NCBI GenBank assembly: GCA_040437565.1
Contig: JBDOQK010000003.1
Coordinates: 806,001 to 870,000, forward strand
Direction: 5' to 3'
Origin: Albugo candida
Lineage: Eukaryota
DNA length: 64,000 nt
Of the stretch, positions 23,901 through 36,768 are shown one piece after another. The translations under genes were made by a program, and so were the position numbers. How positions within the stretch are numbered: the stretch's first letter is position 1; every line of letters begins with the position of its first letter. The notes beneath the pieces were generated by a model, which was not told the DNA's origin, did not search any database, and saw nothing but the letters and a program-made list of their open reading frames with translations.

Positions 23901-24019
23901 CGCGAATTTTCTTCCGTTTGTACATTGGCATTACTGAGTACATTTGCTGTTGAGTCACGCTGATCCATTTCATCGGAATCGACTGAAACCCGCTCTCTTT
24001 CTGCGGAATTTCCTTCCAT
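20989..24019 (-). CDS. Multi-exon fusion protein: F-box + CDK-like (probable pseudo)kinase + cyclin A/B-type boxes
   Basis: F-box-like PSDMILHVFSFL..LGQVSRKWR; kinase AMKK, GVPYYMLRE, HRNLKPKH, DFA, YTMEVVTLWYRPPE; cyclin RSMLVDWLIE, FQLLGATCLHVASKCED, LAHYLLELAL. GT-AG introns join the pieces in frame at the junctions checked (e.g. 21848-21906). Confidence 0.85.
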
Positions 24020-24160
24020 TTGAACTAAGAAATTTCCTTTGGAGTGGAAGCTAAACGACAATCTTCAACCCCGCACCAAATCAATGTGATGTGACCACAC
24101 AATAAGTGTCGTGAAGTACCCACTTTGTATGCGATGATTGAATAAGTTATCAGTCAAATT

Positions 24161-25028
24161 AAGGACACGATGACGTGATCACTGCTAACACTGATGTAAA
24201 TGCGTTGTAGATGCTTCTCCCTTCTAGTCTAACACGATGTCTGAATGCTGTCGACAGTCTTGTAATATGATTTTGGGGTTTTCTTCTCTCCACAAGCCTC
24301 TCCCTTATACTTATACGTGTAATATACAGTTCTATACGGTAATCTGATTCCAGTTACCGTCTCTGATTCTAGCGATGCAATCGAAAGGAAAGCATTTGCG
24401 CTGTCGCATTTGCGGAGGTTTTGGGCTCGGTTTGGTTCGTAACGTTGAGAAAATCTGTACACATTGCGCTCGGTGATGCACACTTGCGTATTTTTCATAT
24501 AAAATCCATTGACGCACTGACTATAGAGAAACAAAAGCATTTTTNNNNNNNNNNNNNNNNNNNNNNNNNNNNNNNNNNNNNNNNNNNNNNNNNNNNNNNN
24601 NNNNNNNNNNNNNNNNNNNNNNNNNNNNNNNNNNNNNNNNNNNNAAGGACACGATGACGTGATCACTGCTAACACTGATGTAAATGCGTTGTAGATGCTT
24701 CTCCCTTCTAGTCTAACACGATGTCTGAATGCTGTCGACAGTCTTGTAATATGATTTTGGGGTTTTCTTCTCTCCACAAGCCTCTCCCTTATACTTATAC
24801 GTGTAATATACAGTTCTATACGGTAATCTGATTCCAGTTACCGTCTCTGATTCTAGCGATGCAATCGAAAGGAAAGCATTTGCGCTGTCGCATTTGCGGA
24901 GGTTTTGGGCTCGGTTTGGTTCGTAACGTTGAGAAAATCTGTACACATTGCGCTCGGTGATGCACACTTGCGTATTTTTCATATAAAATCCATTGACGCA
25001 CTGACTATAGAGAAACAAAAGCATTTTT
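24161..25028. repeat. Apparent 384-bp direct duplication across a 100-N gap (24161-24544 = 24645-25028); assembly overlap artefact
   Basis: Identical sequence on both sides of the N run at 24545-24644, offset 484. Confidence 0.85.
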
Positions 25029-26800
25029 TGACCCCGAAAAATGCAAGTTTTGCAGCGAACAAGGCTTTTATGATATATCTCCGGATGCTGACGGAAAGAT
25101 CCTAAAAAAGGTTGTAGGCGAAGATATTTAGAATGTTACATGACACCAAAGGCTGTAGATTGTCCGCGAAGGCGACAGAAGCGCAAAATGGATCGAGGAA
25201 GGATGCCCCACTTTTGGTCAGTCGACACGCTCTGTTTCTCCAGCACAAGGGTTGACAGGATCTTATCAGTGCAATATATTGGACGCTTGATGGATGGCTC
25301 AATATTTGATACAACGTAATCCGATAAAGCGATGGGATTGACTGCGATGCTTATGTTGTGTTGATGGAATCAGACGTGATGTTGTGGACGGAAAGCATGT
25401 GGGAGGCACTGATGATGAATTTGAATTCCAAATTGGACGAGGTTTGCGTTGTACAGTCCTGCGTTTCGATGCTGAGTATTTATTACAGGCAAAGTCATTA
25501 AAGGATGGGATATCGGTGTTATTTCCATGAAGCTTGGAGAGATGGCTCGATTCATCATCAAGCCCGAGTACGCTTATGGATCACAAGGATGTGCCCCAAA
25601 AGTATAAATTGCGCGGTACTGATTTGGTAGAAGATACCTTTTCCTTCTTTGGATAGATCGAGCCGGATGAGACTCTGGATTTTGAGATCGAACTGGTTCG
25701 ATTTGGAGTATGTGACTCTGATTGTGGCTGTACCCAATCGCGTTATTGATAGCTGAATTACTAGGATCCCTTGCCTCGATTCCCAACTCCTGCGGAGCTC
25801 GCTGAAACCAGGAAGCAACAGCACGAAGAAAACAAGAAAATGCTGGAGGAGAATCCTCCTCCAACTGTCGGTATGATCCCATCACATATGCAAAAACCAT
25901 CAACTAACGCCCAGGAACCCAGACGAGCGCGTACGGCTTGCCACGGAAGAAAAGCAGAAAGGAAATTCTTGCATAGCCGAAAAGGATTATGAAGCCGCTC
26001 AAAAGCATTACGATTCAGTAAGACCATTTGCATGAGAGTATACAGAGTATAAGCGAACCACGATGGATGTTGTCAGGGCTTTGTAAACATATTCTACGCC
26101 AAGGACGAATGGGATCAGCTGCTATCCGAACAAGATCGTGCCGAAATCAATCAGATAAAGGTGCGTTATTTCGCTTCAATCAAAGTCTGATTGTGTGACG
26201 AGCGCAAGCTTTTAGCTGCTTTTGTATCTGAATCGCGGACTCTGCAAGCTCAAATTGAACAAGATCGAGGACGCATTATGGGATTGTGATCAAGTTGCGT
26301 TGTAGCATTGATTTGGCTCCAGAATTCTAATGAGCTTGTTGCTATGTGCACTACGGAAGGCTATCTCTCTGGATGCTACAGCTAGCAAAGCCCATTTTCG
26401 ACGTGGATTGGTTTACACCGAAAAACTCAAACAAGAATTCGAGAAAGAGCGGAATGGGCAGTTTTGGGTCATTGATAAAGGCGTCAAGTATGCAAAGGAG
26501 GCCCAAGAAAGCTTCAGAAAAGCTTCAGAGCTTTGCTCTAATGCAGATGCTGGTATCGCTCGCGGAATGCTCGAGCTTGAACGTCAAAAGGTGGAAATAT
26601 AATCCTTGTGATCGATGGCAACTGATTTCCGATTATAGGCTCAACTCCAAAGATACGCTTCCAAATACAAAGAAGACGAAAAGAGATTGTATAAGGAGCA
26701 GATATTCGATCGGATGGTAGCGAAGAATAAGAAGCTGCAGGAAGAGGAAGCAAAGCGAGCCATGGAGGATGTATTCAAGGATATGCCAGCTCTAGAATGA
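24859..26800 (+). CDS. FKBP-type peptidyl-prolyl isomerase with TPR repeats and a Cys-rich N-terminus; multi-exon
   Basis: Spliced by eye: [76 protein letters not shown] segments [12 protein letters not shown] and KAHFRRG; stop at 26800. The start is uncertain. Confidence 0.8.
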
Positions 26801-26853
26801 ATGGGAATTGCCAGATCTCATCAAACTCGATGTTTACGTAACTCGCGAATGAA

Positions 26854-29687
26854 TCAGTGTCCTTCATCATCTGATTCCACGTCACCATATCGCCACAGAC
26901 AGAGCCGATTCTTCTTTGCTGCTGCTTGAGCGGCTGTGAGATCGTCCAATACCGCTTGCTGGTAGGAAGCAGCATCACGCACAGACTTTCGATCGATTCG
27001 AATGACTCCGGCTTGCAACAGGACAGCAGAGATACTCTTGCCATTTTTGAACAAAGACACTTGCAGTCTACCCTGTTCGTCTCGTCCATGAACGCTCGCC
27101 GACAAAGTGTGTCCCCATGCGGTATCGGCAAGCATGGTGGCGGCCTCATGACCAAATTCTTCGGTCACTGGCATCGATTTGACAAACCCAAACACGCATT
27201 CTTTGGCTTGCGGTGGAAAGTGCATCACAGTGGAATCCAAAGGCCGAAGACGATTCACCGGCAACACATCGACATTTCCGTAATCAATGTAGCGAACTCG
27301 GACCTTTCCATCCGGCAATGAAGATTCGACTTTTGCCCGATTCCAAACTTGACCGCTTTCGTCGGTGAATAGCGCAGCGCAAATGGTATTTTTTCGAACT
27401 TCAAATGTCTTCCCGCTGACGCCATTCAAACGGGTGAATTCACCCAACTTTTCTTCGATTGTGGCACAGGTTCGAGAAGAGAGATCCTGGATGTAAAAGT
27501 GAGTCCCATTTGCAATTTCGGAGATCTTCACGCGAGGAAGCGTGTCGTCAGCTGTTTTTGTCACTTGAATTAGGGCCAGCTTTTTCGAGACTTCAGCATC
27601 AGCGGAGCTCCAGTAGTTTTTCTTGCTTTGTTGAGCAGAATCTTCGGCACGTTTCAATTGAGCTGCCGTGCCTGTGCGCTCCACAGAGAACGCATCGATC
27701 CAAGCGAGTCCTTCGTTCAGAAGCATACACCCAAAATTACTGCGTTCCGTCTTATTGGAATCAGTGTAAAGCGGTCCAAACGCATTTCCCCCACGATCCA
27801 TGTCTTCAATCTCGACAGTCACCGACCGCTGTAAAATGGTTCGCTTTGTGTACAATTTGGCTTGCTCTCCAAAAGGCTCTGCCTGAGCTGTCACGACACC
27901 CTGGCCGCCGTATCGAGTGGGTTGTGGGCATTTGATACCCGCTATCACAAAATTAACCATACAATTCTCTTTCGGGACAAACAGCTTGACGCGTGTACCG
28001 CTGTACACATATTCGACCACAGCGCGGAGTGTTTTCTCTCGGGATAAAAATGGAAGATATTGCTTTGCTTTCACAGAATCGAAGCATAAGTCGGTGTATC
28101 GCTGTCCAGTGACTACTTCTTTTCCAGAGTAAATTCCTTTTTTCTTCGTTTGTGCTGAGCCTTCCGCCGCGATCAGATCGTCATAATACGCGGATTTCTC
28201 ATCTTCCGGTCGGTGTCGAACCACTTCAGCGAAGCCAGCAGATACGACTTCAGACGCCACATTGGCCAGATTGGAGGTCGTATTCTCCACGTTTTTCTTC
28301 TTACTATCCATTAGAAACACTGACGCGTATGTCATGAGCGCATTGTCATTAAGCATTGGATTCTTCTTCTCATAATCGACTTCGACTTTGACTTTTCTCC
28401 CGATGCAAAAATGTCGGACAAACTCTTTGGATTCGATTGCGTAAGGAGCATTGCTTTCTTGTCGTTTGGCATTTCCGAGTCGAGGAGCACGAATGGAAGA
28501 CAGATAAAGTCGCTTTTCGACTGATTTCTCGTCAACAAACACCACGATACAATCTCCACTGACAACTTCGATCACCGTTCCATTGAAATTTTGATCACAT
28601 TGAAGTGCGGGTGGCTGATAATCTCTCCATACACGCAATTTGGCCGATTTCGCCTCTTTTTCAGCGCTTCGCATGGTGGCACGGACAGCGTAGCTTGTGT
28701 ATTGACTGCTCCAATCCACCATCCGCGCATAGCCATTGCGAAGTAATTCCACACTGATATTTCTTCCCGACGGATGCACCACACTGCCATAGAAATTGCC
28801 AAATTTGTCAACTCCTTGCAATTTAACTTCCACATTACGGTGTAAGAGACGCATTTCGGTAAAGTGTTTAGCTTCTCTGGCAAATGGAGCTGGTTGTACG
28901 ACTGTTGTACCTTCTGCTCCTTTGTCTTTTGACGCGTTATCAGAGATTTCGTTATTGAGGGCGGGAGGAGTTGTTGCGTTCATCCGTGGGCACTGAACAC
29001 CTGCAAGTCCAAAATTGATCATTTGCATACTTGGTATCAGTAACACGCGCATAAACGCTCCTTCTCGGACATTATCGACCAATGCCGGAATCAACTTGTC
29101 CTTATTTTCCGCGAGAATCGATTCTGCATCCTCGACAGAGATATTCACCATCCATTTCACAGCTGCATACGGCCCAAATTCAGCTTCTTTCGTGTCATTT
29201 GGATCTTGATAAATTCCTCGTTTTTCAGCGATTGCTAACGCTTCCAATTGACGCAATTTGTCCAAATCGTACGTGAGACTCCCCTCATTGCCCTCCTGCT
29301 TCACTTTTGCGTATCCTCCCTGCACCATGAGCGTATTCAAATGCTCTTCTCCATCCGCATTTTGCAGCCAAACGGATCCGAAGTCGCGATTGATCACATT
29401 CACGTGATATTCGACTTTGAAGCGAACAGTTTTACCGATACACAGTTTGCGAAGAGATTCTCTGCTGGCCCACGCATACGGCTACAGAAAACTGTGTAAG
29501 AGCGGAGACACATCAAGTCATGAAGCTGTACCTCGTTCGTTTGATCCGATCCACGCGCTAATTTGGGAGCCTGTAGGGAGGATAGGGTGAGAGTGAGTTC
29601 AGGAGGAGGACCGGTCTTCGCGGATCCAACAAGAACAAGAGAGTCGCCCGATGTTACGGCTTTTACAGTAGCGGTTCCGGATGCCAT
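26854..29687 (-). CDS. SND1: Tudor staphylococcal nuclease (Tudor-SN/p100); intron near 29485-29531
   Basis: VKAVTSGDSL..LSSLQAPKLAR start, four SN repeats (APFAREAKHF, YLSSIRAPR, AEPFGEQAK), Tudor (WNRAKV..VRYIDYGN) and the LWRYGD C-terminus. Confidence 0.95.
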
Positions 29688-30128
29688 TTTGATCGATTAT
29701 GAAAGTGTGAGGATTGTGTTCTGCCACGTAAGTGAGCGATTAATATTATGTGTGTACACTATGTTATGCAAAATGCATCGTAGACAAATGACATGGATCT
29801 TCATGCTCCTTCCAAATCGTTCATAGAAGATCGGTAGATACGACCGCGTTCAACAAAGCTGCATCATTCAGCGAGTGGAATGCGACATGATCGAATGTGT
29901 CTACATTAATCACAATTTTGTGAAAATATCCTTTACAGCGGTTGAACTGTTTCTGCAACCACCGCTCATCTCATGCAATTCGCGGTTATAAAATGACAGT
30001 TGCGACATAGGAAATGCTATTTCCAATCTCAAAAAAATTCGGTTTAGCTGAAACAGCTCAAGAATTCCGTTACCGAGTTCCTTTTGCGATGACACAAGTC
30101 ACAGCTTATTTTTCAACACGGACGAAAA

Positions 30129-31403
30129 ATGGTATTTAACGGAAATCGCTTTTGGGCTTCATTGATTGTTTTTGTCATACTGATCGAATCAAAGCCGTCA
30201 CTTTGCTATTGCGAAGTCGAAAGTCAAAGTAGCTTTTACGACGATACAAACCAAGGCAGCAGTGAGACTTATGAAGCGGATTACTCTCATGTCAAATATG
30301 CTGTCCGGGATGGCATGATTCAAAGCAAAGGCGTCAATATCGGTGGATGGCTTGTGGCGGAGCACTGGATGACTTCTCAAGCGGATATATGGAAAGGTGT
30401 CAGCCCGAACGCCGTCGACCATGGCGAGTATCAAGCCCTGACGAATTTCACTGATACGAATGACTCTAGTTCTTTGCATGATCAATCGTTGACGCAATTT
30501 GATTGGCATCATAAAAACTTTATAACAGAGAAAGAAATCAAAAACATACACGAAGCAGGATTTAATACTGTTCGAGTTCCTGTCGGATATTGGATCGTTG
30601 GATTCGATGAACATGACAAAAGCGGAAGCGGGCAATGGAAAAAATATCCGTCCAACGAGTTGGTTTATCTTGACACACTGATCAAAAGCTGGGCTAAAAC
30701 ACATAATGTGTCGGTGATGATCAGTATGCACGCCGCGAAAGGATCTCAAAGTGGTGCGGAACATTCATCGCCTGAAATGTATGGTCAAGCTCTCTTTGGG
30801 CAATATCCTGAAAACATACAGTCCACACTCGACGCGGTTACCTTTCTGGCAGCACGATATAAAGACGAGGATGCGTTTCTTGGAATTGGACTTTTGAATG
30901 AACCAAGTGGCAGCACGACCAATCAAGTTTTATATCAGTACTATCAGGCCGCATATGATGCGATTCGCGTGAACGGCGGGAACGACTGTATCCTTACTGT
31001 TGCTCCTTTGCTATGGGAGCAGGGTCCAAAGCATCTGCTTGATTTGTTGCCTGGAAGCACAAATGTCTGGGTCGAATGGCACCGATATTTCATCTGGGGC
31101 TACGGAGATGATTCTGCCAATAAAATACTGACCGAAGCCATTGACGCATTTCGTAAAGACGCCGAAAAGTGGAATGAGCTCAGTGATAAAAAGTTATACA
31201 TTGGCGAATTTTCATTTGCAAATACGGGTCAATTCACTGACGTGGAAGGGCTGCGAAAATTTGCGGCGCAACAAATGGACGTGCTGAAGAATATCGTCGA
31301 AGGTGGATGGGCGTATTGGTCGTGGCGGACATACGGCGACGAAGAAGGTCTATCTCCTTGGTCGTGTCGAAATATGATTCGAAATGGCATTTTTCAGGTG
31401 TAA
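30129..31403 (+). CDS. Secreted glycoside hydrolase family 5, exo-1,3-beta-glucanase-like
   Basis: Signal peptide, GVNIGGWLVAEHWM, FNTVRVPVGYW, catalytic LLNEP and IGEF motifs. Confidence 0.92.
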   Translation: MVFNGNRFWASLIVFVILIESKPSLCYCEVESQSSFYDDTNQGSSETYEADYSHVKYAVRDGMIQSKGVNIGGWLVAEHWMTSQADIWKGVSPNAVDHGEYQALTNFTDTNDSSSLHDQSLTQFDWHHKNFITEKEIKNIHEAGFNTVRVPVGYWIVGFDEHDKSGSGQWKKYPSNELVYLDTLIKSWAKTHNVSVMISMHAAKGSQSGAEHSSPEMYGQALFGQYPENIQSTLDAVTFLAARYKDEDAFLGIGLLNEPSGSTTNQVLYQYYQAAYDAIRVNGGNDCILTVAPLLWEQGPKHLLDLLPGSTNVWVEWHRYFIWGYGDDSANKILTEAIDAFRKDAEKWNELSDKKLYIGEFSFANTGQFTDVEGLRKFAAQQMDVLKNIVEGGWAYWSWRTYGDEEGLSPWSCRNMIRNGIFQV

Positions 31404-31506
31404 GCCGCAAGCTGTGAGCAGGGAATCATAAGAAGTAATGAAATGTCGTTTTTGTCGGTCTTACTCGCTGATTCTATTTATGTCTAATCGCTAATCGTTT
31501 TGTGTT

Positions 31507-33031
31507 ATGCAATCGCCACGAGACTTTCGCCAATCGAGACAATCGGAGTCGGAGGAGGATGGGAAGAACTGGCTGATTCATCGTCTGTATCTGCGTCAAG
31601 AGTATGAAGAGTGTATGGAGCTAATTGAGGAAGTGATGACATCCTCTCAAGGGCTGTCCGAGTATCCCATTTACGTCAAGGCACTTATCCTTCGCCATTA
31701 TGGAAAAGTAGAGCAAAGTCTTCAGCTATTTCAAGCAATTTCGTGCTTGAATCCAGGAAATAAAGAAAACATCAAACAAATTGGTCGATCGCTGTTGTTG
31801 CTGGGAAAGCACGCAAACGCAATCAAAATCTTCAAAGAGGTGCTCACACAGGAGAAAGCGGAGGATTGGCGGGTCCATCTCAATATCGGAACTTGCTTTA
31901 CGTTTTTAAAGCAATTTGATAATGCGATTCAGAGCTTCCAGCGAGCGAATGCAATCAGCCGACATGATACAACGTTTCTTCAGCTTGCGAACGTGTACAT
32001 GATTCAAAACGATTACAAAAACGCGATCAGAACCTACCAAGAAGCGCTTGAATTCTCACCTGATAATCCAAAACTTCTCTCGGGTCTCGGGCTCGCGTAT
32101 CTCCGTAATGGCGAGAGCTTTGCCGCATTTGATCACCTGGGGAATTCACTGACCCATGATCCCCTTGACCCAAAGACGATTCTCGCTGCTGGTTCCATTA
32201 TACAGGATAATGGAGACATGGACGTCGCACTTGTGAAATATCGGGTTGCTGCTGTTCAGACACCGCATTCCGCTCCTTTATGGAACAATATCGGAATGTG
32301 TTTTTATGGAAAGCAGCAATTTGTAGCGGCAATTGCGTGCTTGAAACGCTCATTGTATCTCGATCCGTTTGAATGGATCACTTTGTACAATCTTGGGCTG
32401 GTTCACCTTCAAACAGAGCAGTTCGCATCGGCTTTTCATTTCTTCAGTGCTTCAATTAACATGAAAGGGGATTTTCCAAGCTCGTACATGTACTTGGGCA
32501 TCGCATTAAGTAATTTAAAGGATTTTGACAACTCATGCAGTGCGTTTGAGAAAGCCATCGAAATGGAACGGTGCGTGCAAAGTNNNNNNNNNNNNNNNNN
32601 NNNNNNNNNNNNNNNNNNNNNNNNNNNNNNNNNNNNNNNNNNNNNNNNNNNNNNNNNNNNNNNNNNNNNNNNNNNNNNNNNNNTTCAATTAACATGAAAG
32701 GGGATTTTCCAAGCTCGTACATGTACTTGGGCATCGCATTAAGTAATTTAAAGGATTTTGACAACTCATGCAGTGCGTTTGAGAAAGCCATCGAAATGGA
32801 ACGGTGCGTGCAAAGTGTTTTGATGACAGCTTCTTTCACTATTGCGTGTCTTATTGTAGTAATCACTTGTTTCATCTAAATTATGCGATAGTACTGCAAA
32901 AGAACGACGAAATGGAGCAAGCGAAAATGCATATAGAAATATTTGACGAGTTATTCAGCGCGCTTGATGCTGAGACGCAAAATAGCGATCCCGATGTGAT
33001 CGAGCAGAGAAAGCTGTTCAGTGCTAGCTGA
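31507..33031 (+). CDS. BBS4: Bardet-Biedl syndrome 4 protein (BBSome TPR subunit); spans a gap with a 133-bp flank duplication
   Basis: NWLIHRLY, EYPIYVKALILR, FDHLGNSLTHDP, DMDVALVKYRVAA, LWNNIGMCF; final exon HLNYAIVL. Confidence 0.93.
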
Positions 33032-33230
33032 TAATTACAACCAATAATGAGGTATCTTGTGTCTGATTACACGTTCGGATTGGCTATTGCGCAACACAAG
33101 TGTGTTATTTTGAAGCTTTACAAGTGCGAATATCGAAAGTAAAATCATACCTTTTTTACATTTATATACTTTCACAGAGTTCTCGTGGCTCATTTACGCT
33201 TAAAATCGTCAGTCTTTAGTGTACGGCAAG

Positions 33231-34265
33231 ATGAATGATGAACGGGAGAAATTGTGGCGGCAAATTTGTCGTCAGTTTTACTTTCAGAATGACGCGTTAG
33301 CGCAACAAATACTCCGACAGTTTGAGATTTGCAAGACGGATGATACTGTGTATGTACCTGATAAGCAAACGTCTATGAGAATTGTAAGATAATTTTTTTA
33401 TGTGTAGCATTTCTGTGGAAACGCCGATGGAGAAATTGAGTATCGTACAAGAAAACTGCAAAGCCCTCGGACTGGAGAACTCTTCTGACCCGATGCACAA
33501 AAACGCGATGGAGCAAATGTAAGCAACGAGTTTTTATGTGAGTGCATGATATAAAATGTTTTTGTTAGCATTGAGCGCTATGAGTTTATCAAAAATCAGA
33601 TTCGCTCAGAATACCATCAAAATCTTGCGACACATCGCTACGAGGAATTTCACAAACTTTTGTTACAACGGCAGAGCACAAACTATTGTCTTGATGATAA
33701 GGTGCTACTGGTTCGGGAAAAGGAAGCATTTATTCGACTGTACGACAGCCATCATGAGAAAATGAGCAAAATCACAAACTTTCTTCGACAATATATGGAC
33801 ACATTGGGATCTCATCCATTTCTATTGGGACTGAAACAAGTGATACAATGGAATTTGGAGAGCTCGAATGTCGTGGGATGGCGATGTAAGGAAATTCACG
33901 TGTATCACCGACACTTTATAAACCTTTGGCTGATTGTAGTATCCGATGCGGTTTTCCTGGAGAGTGCCGGAAAGACTTTTGCTGCTGATTCAGTGGATCT
34001 CTTGATCAATAGTCTAAACTTTGGACACTATGAATTGACAAAAGTCGCGACCGAAAAATCAGAGCCTCGAAATCGAGTCTGGCTCATGGACCCATACCTT
34101 TCGGATCAAGATATGCGTGACCTACTGCATTTATTCCCTCCAAAATATCGGCTGGAAGGGCGTCCGTCTGGTGATAAGTATATGACCGGGCTTTTTCGCA
34201 TGAATTTGATCGGATTGTGCGATGAGCCTCAGCCTTTTTTTCAGCGGTGGTGTGTTCTTCTTTGA
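33231..34265 (+). CDS. Hypothetical multi-exon protein ending in a CaaX-like motif (CVLL)
   Basis: Protein-like exons (MNDEREKLWRQ.., YEFIKNQIRSEYHQ.., 33660-34265 ORF) separated by short GT-AG introns; no family recognised. Confidence 0.6.
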
Positions 34266-34292
34266 TTCTGCTATCGTTCATATATGACCCAA

Positions 34293-35212
34293 TTATTCAG
34301 TATACGTCAAGTAACGGTCCAACAAAGTATTGACGCAGCCAGCAGCTTCCCAATCTCGAAGCACGCGTCGTGATCGAAGATCTGCCTGTCGAATTGGTTC
34401 AGGCACACGGTATAGTGAAGACGCTTCCACGACTTTAATGCAGGTATCCAGCGAGACGCGGTGGCCGACAGAGACGTAAACTGGATTCGTCGCACTTTTG
34501 AAGCAGCAAGCAGCACCCCAAATCTACAAATCCGTGTCACCAATCATATCAGCGAAACAATCAAAGTCTTACCCTTCCAGAGTCTCCCTTCAGAAAGAGA
34601 ATATTTTTTCGTTGCTTGCGCATCCTCTCAACAACTGTCGCTTTTGTGAGTCCATCGACATGGAAAAACGATTTTGCAACACCGATAGTCGGAATCTGTA
34701 ACTCGATTCCGAGATGACAAGCGCTTCCAAAGCCACGCGGATGAAGGACACCGTTCCCATCAACAAGCAGCACATCTGGACGCAATTCTACAGAGCATTA
34801 CAAGTGTCTAGAAGCTTATTTATATGGTACCTGGGTTCCTCGACATCAATTCGTTCAGCAATTCTGTAAAAGCGGGAAGCTCACGGAATGCCAAAAAGCC
34901 TGGAATGTAAGGAAACGCTATGGAAACGTAGCGATACGCCTCATAGAGCATTCGCATTGATGGTAATTCGACAATTACAAGCGAAGCGCACGCTTGCTCC
35001 TTGGAGTTTTTGCAGAAACTTATATCGACGCCGCCAATGCGCCAAGGCTGCGTTTCCTGTGCGCATATCCTTTCAGACGTATCTGTTGTGTCTAGCAATT
35101 GCTTCAATGTCTCCTGCTGCGCTACTTACAGCTCTGATCAAACAATAGTAAGCGAGAGGACGAGAACTATACCTCGCCAAATGTCTCGAATGTCGTTCTC
35201 ATTTCCGCTCAT
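34293..35212 (-). CDS. ENDOV: Endonuclease V; multi-exon
   Basis: [64 protein letters not shown]. Confidence 0.93.
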
Positions 35213-35292
35213 AACAAAAGTCATAAGTGCGATACAGAAACATGAAAATATATTAAGTCTCAAGCAAACAATTTTTTGATTCATATAAACAC

Positions 35293-36768
35293 TTAGTCTG
35301 AGCTCAGATAGATGTGTTCCGTGTTGTCTTCTTCGTACGTCGAAAGAAGCTGGTAATTTTGGTGCAGCGAGAGCTCTCTCCATTGCACGCGTTCATAAAT
35401 GAGCACTGTAAGTGCGACCCCGATGAACAGGAATACGCACAGAATGATTTGATGGATCCACATGGAAAACAAGCCTGTGATCCCATAGTCACAAAACGCT
35501 GCGACCGCGTGAGTTCGCTGGGATGCGATCGTATGACATTCTTGATTTTGTGTGAATGAGTGTATGCCTTCCTTCACTTGATGAATCATTTTCTCTATTG
35601 GATAAAGAAATTCTTTCAGCATGACTGAGCCAGTTCTGTTGTGATTTTTCGCATATTCTGATAAGGAAGACTCAATCGACGCGACATTCTCGAGACTTTT
35701 AACCAGATTGGAAGTGGTTTCTGCAAACGGTTGTGTGGAATTCTCGCAAATTAAAAAATAATCGGAAACAGTCGTATTGTGAAATAGCGCCAAAGAATTC
35801 TCCACAGGATACGCACAGAAATCGGCTGTGAGCAGGGTGGACGAGAAGTACAAACCGATCAATGTGTGTGAGATCGGAACCAAAGTCATCATCAAGAGCA
35901 CTGAAAGACGAAGCGGAGATAGCATAGACCAACCGATAGAAGCAACTGATAAGAGTGTGGCAAAGACCACGCTCAAAATCACAAAGTTGGTGGTGCCCTG
36001 TACCATGAAATAACTTTTCTCCCAGGTTTCAGCCATACGAGAGATATTTTTTGGGACATCATTCATCACATCAACCACATCATTAGAAGCATAAACCAGT
36101 CTACGTATGGCACATTAGGTAGAGGTAATCGAAATGATACAGTGAAAAGTCATTTACCTCAATGCTTCCAAAGAAAGCTGAAATGCTTCCGAAGGGAGAT
36201 CAGTCGCGTTAAACGAAGTAATTAGACGATCAGCATGTTGACGGAGATCAATACTCGAGTTGACTGCCGAATCGACATCCTTGTGCAATGAACCGAATCT
36301 ATAGCTGATGTTCATCATTGTGTCTTTCACAACTCCGGCACTGTAGTCGACTTGAGCTTCTCCCATAAGTCCACCTAGCGCAGATATCGCCAGAAAGGAA
36401 AGTAGTATAGCCACAGAAACCTCTATCGCGTAAGTTTTCTCCATCCATCGATGCGAGTATACGCCTACACACATGTTATACGAATGAGACAAAAGTATAG
36501 CTCGATAGAGGTATTCGGTACCATATTTGGTCGTGTGCAGGAAGCAGCGACGCATAACGAGGATACAAAGCAGCAAAAAAACGATGGTCCCAATGCCCAT
36601 ACAACAAAAAATAATCGATTGGAACGTGTCTGTGTACGCTCTATTCTCCAAGTCAAAGCGATTTATTGATGGGATACTTGAACCGTAAAAGTTGTGGAAA
36701 AAATCAATAAGTTCATGCGCGATTTCTTTGTGATAATCGTCGGGTAATAGAGGCAATCCGACTCGCAT
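35293..36768 (-). CDS. Multi-pass membrane protein, tweety-like; intron near 36097-36157
   Basis: About five hydrophobic helices, ADFC..P motif, Cys-containing luminal segments (YFLIC, QECH, AFCDYG); topology resembles the Tweety family. Confidence 0.5.

Noticed and set aside
24229-25024. Apparent tandem pair of small Cys-containing secreted or effector-like ORFs ([12 protein letters not shown]...)
   Set aside because: The duplication is a gap-overlap artefact, and the ORF is antisense to the better-supported first exons of the FKBP-TPR gene.
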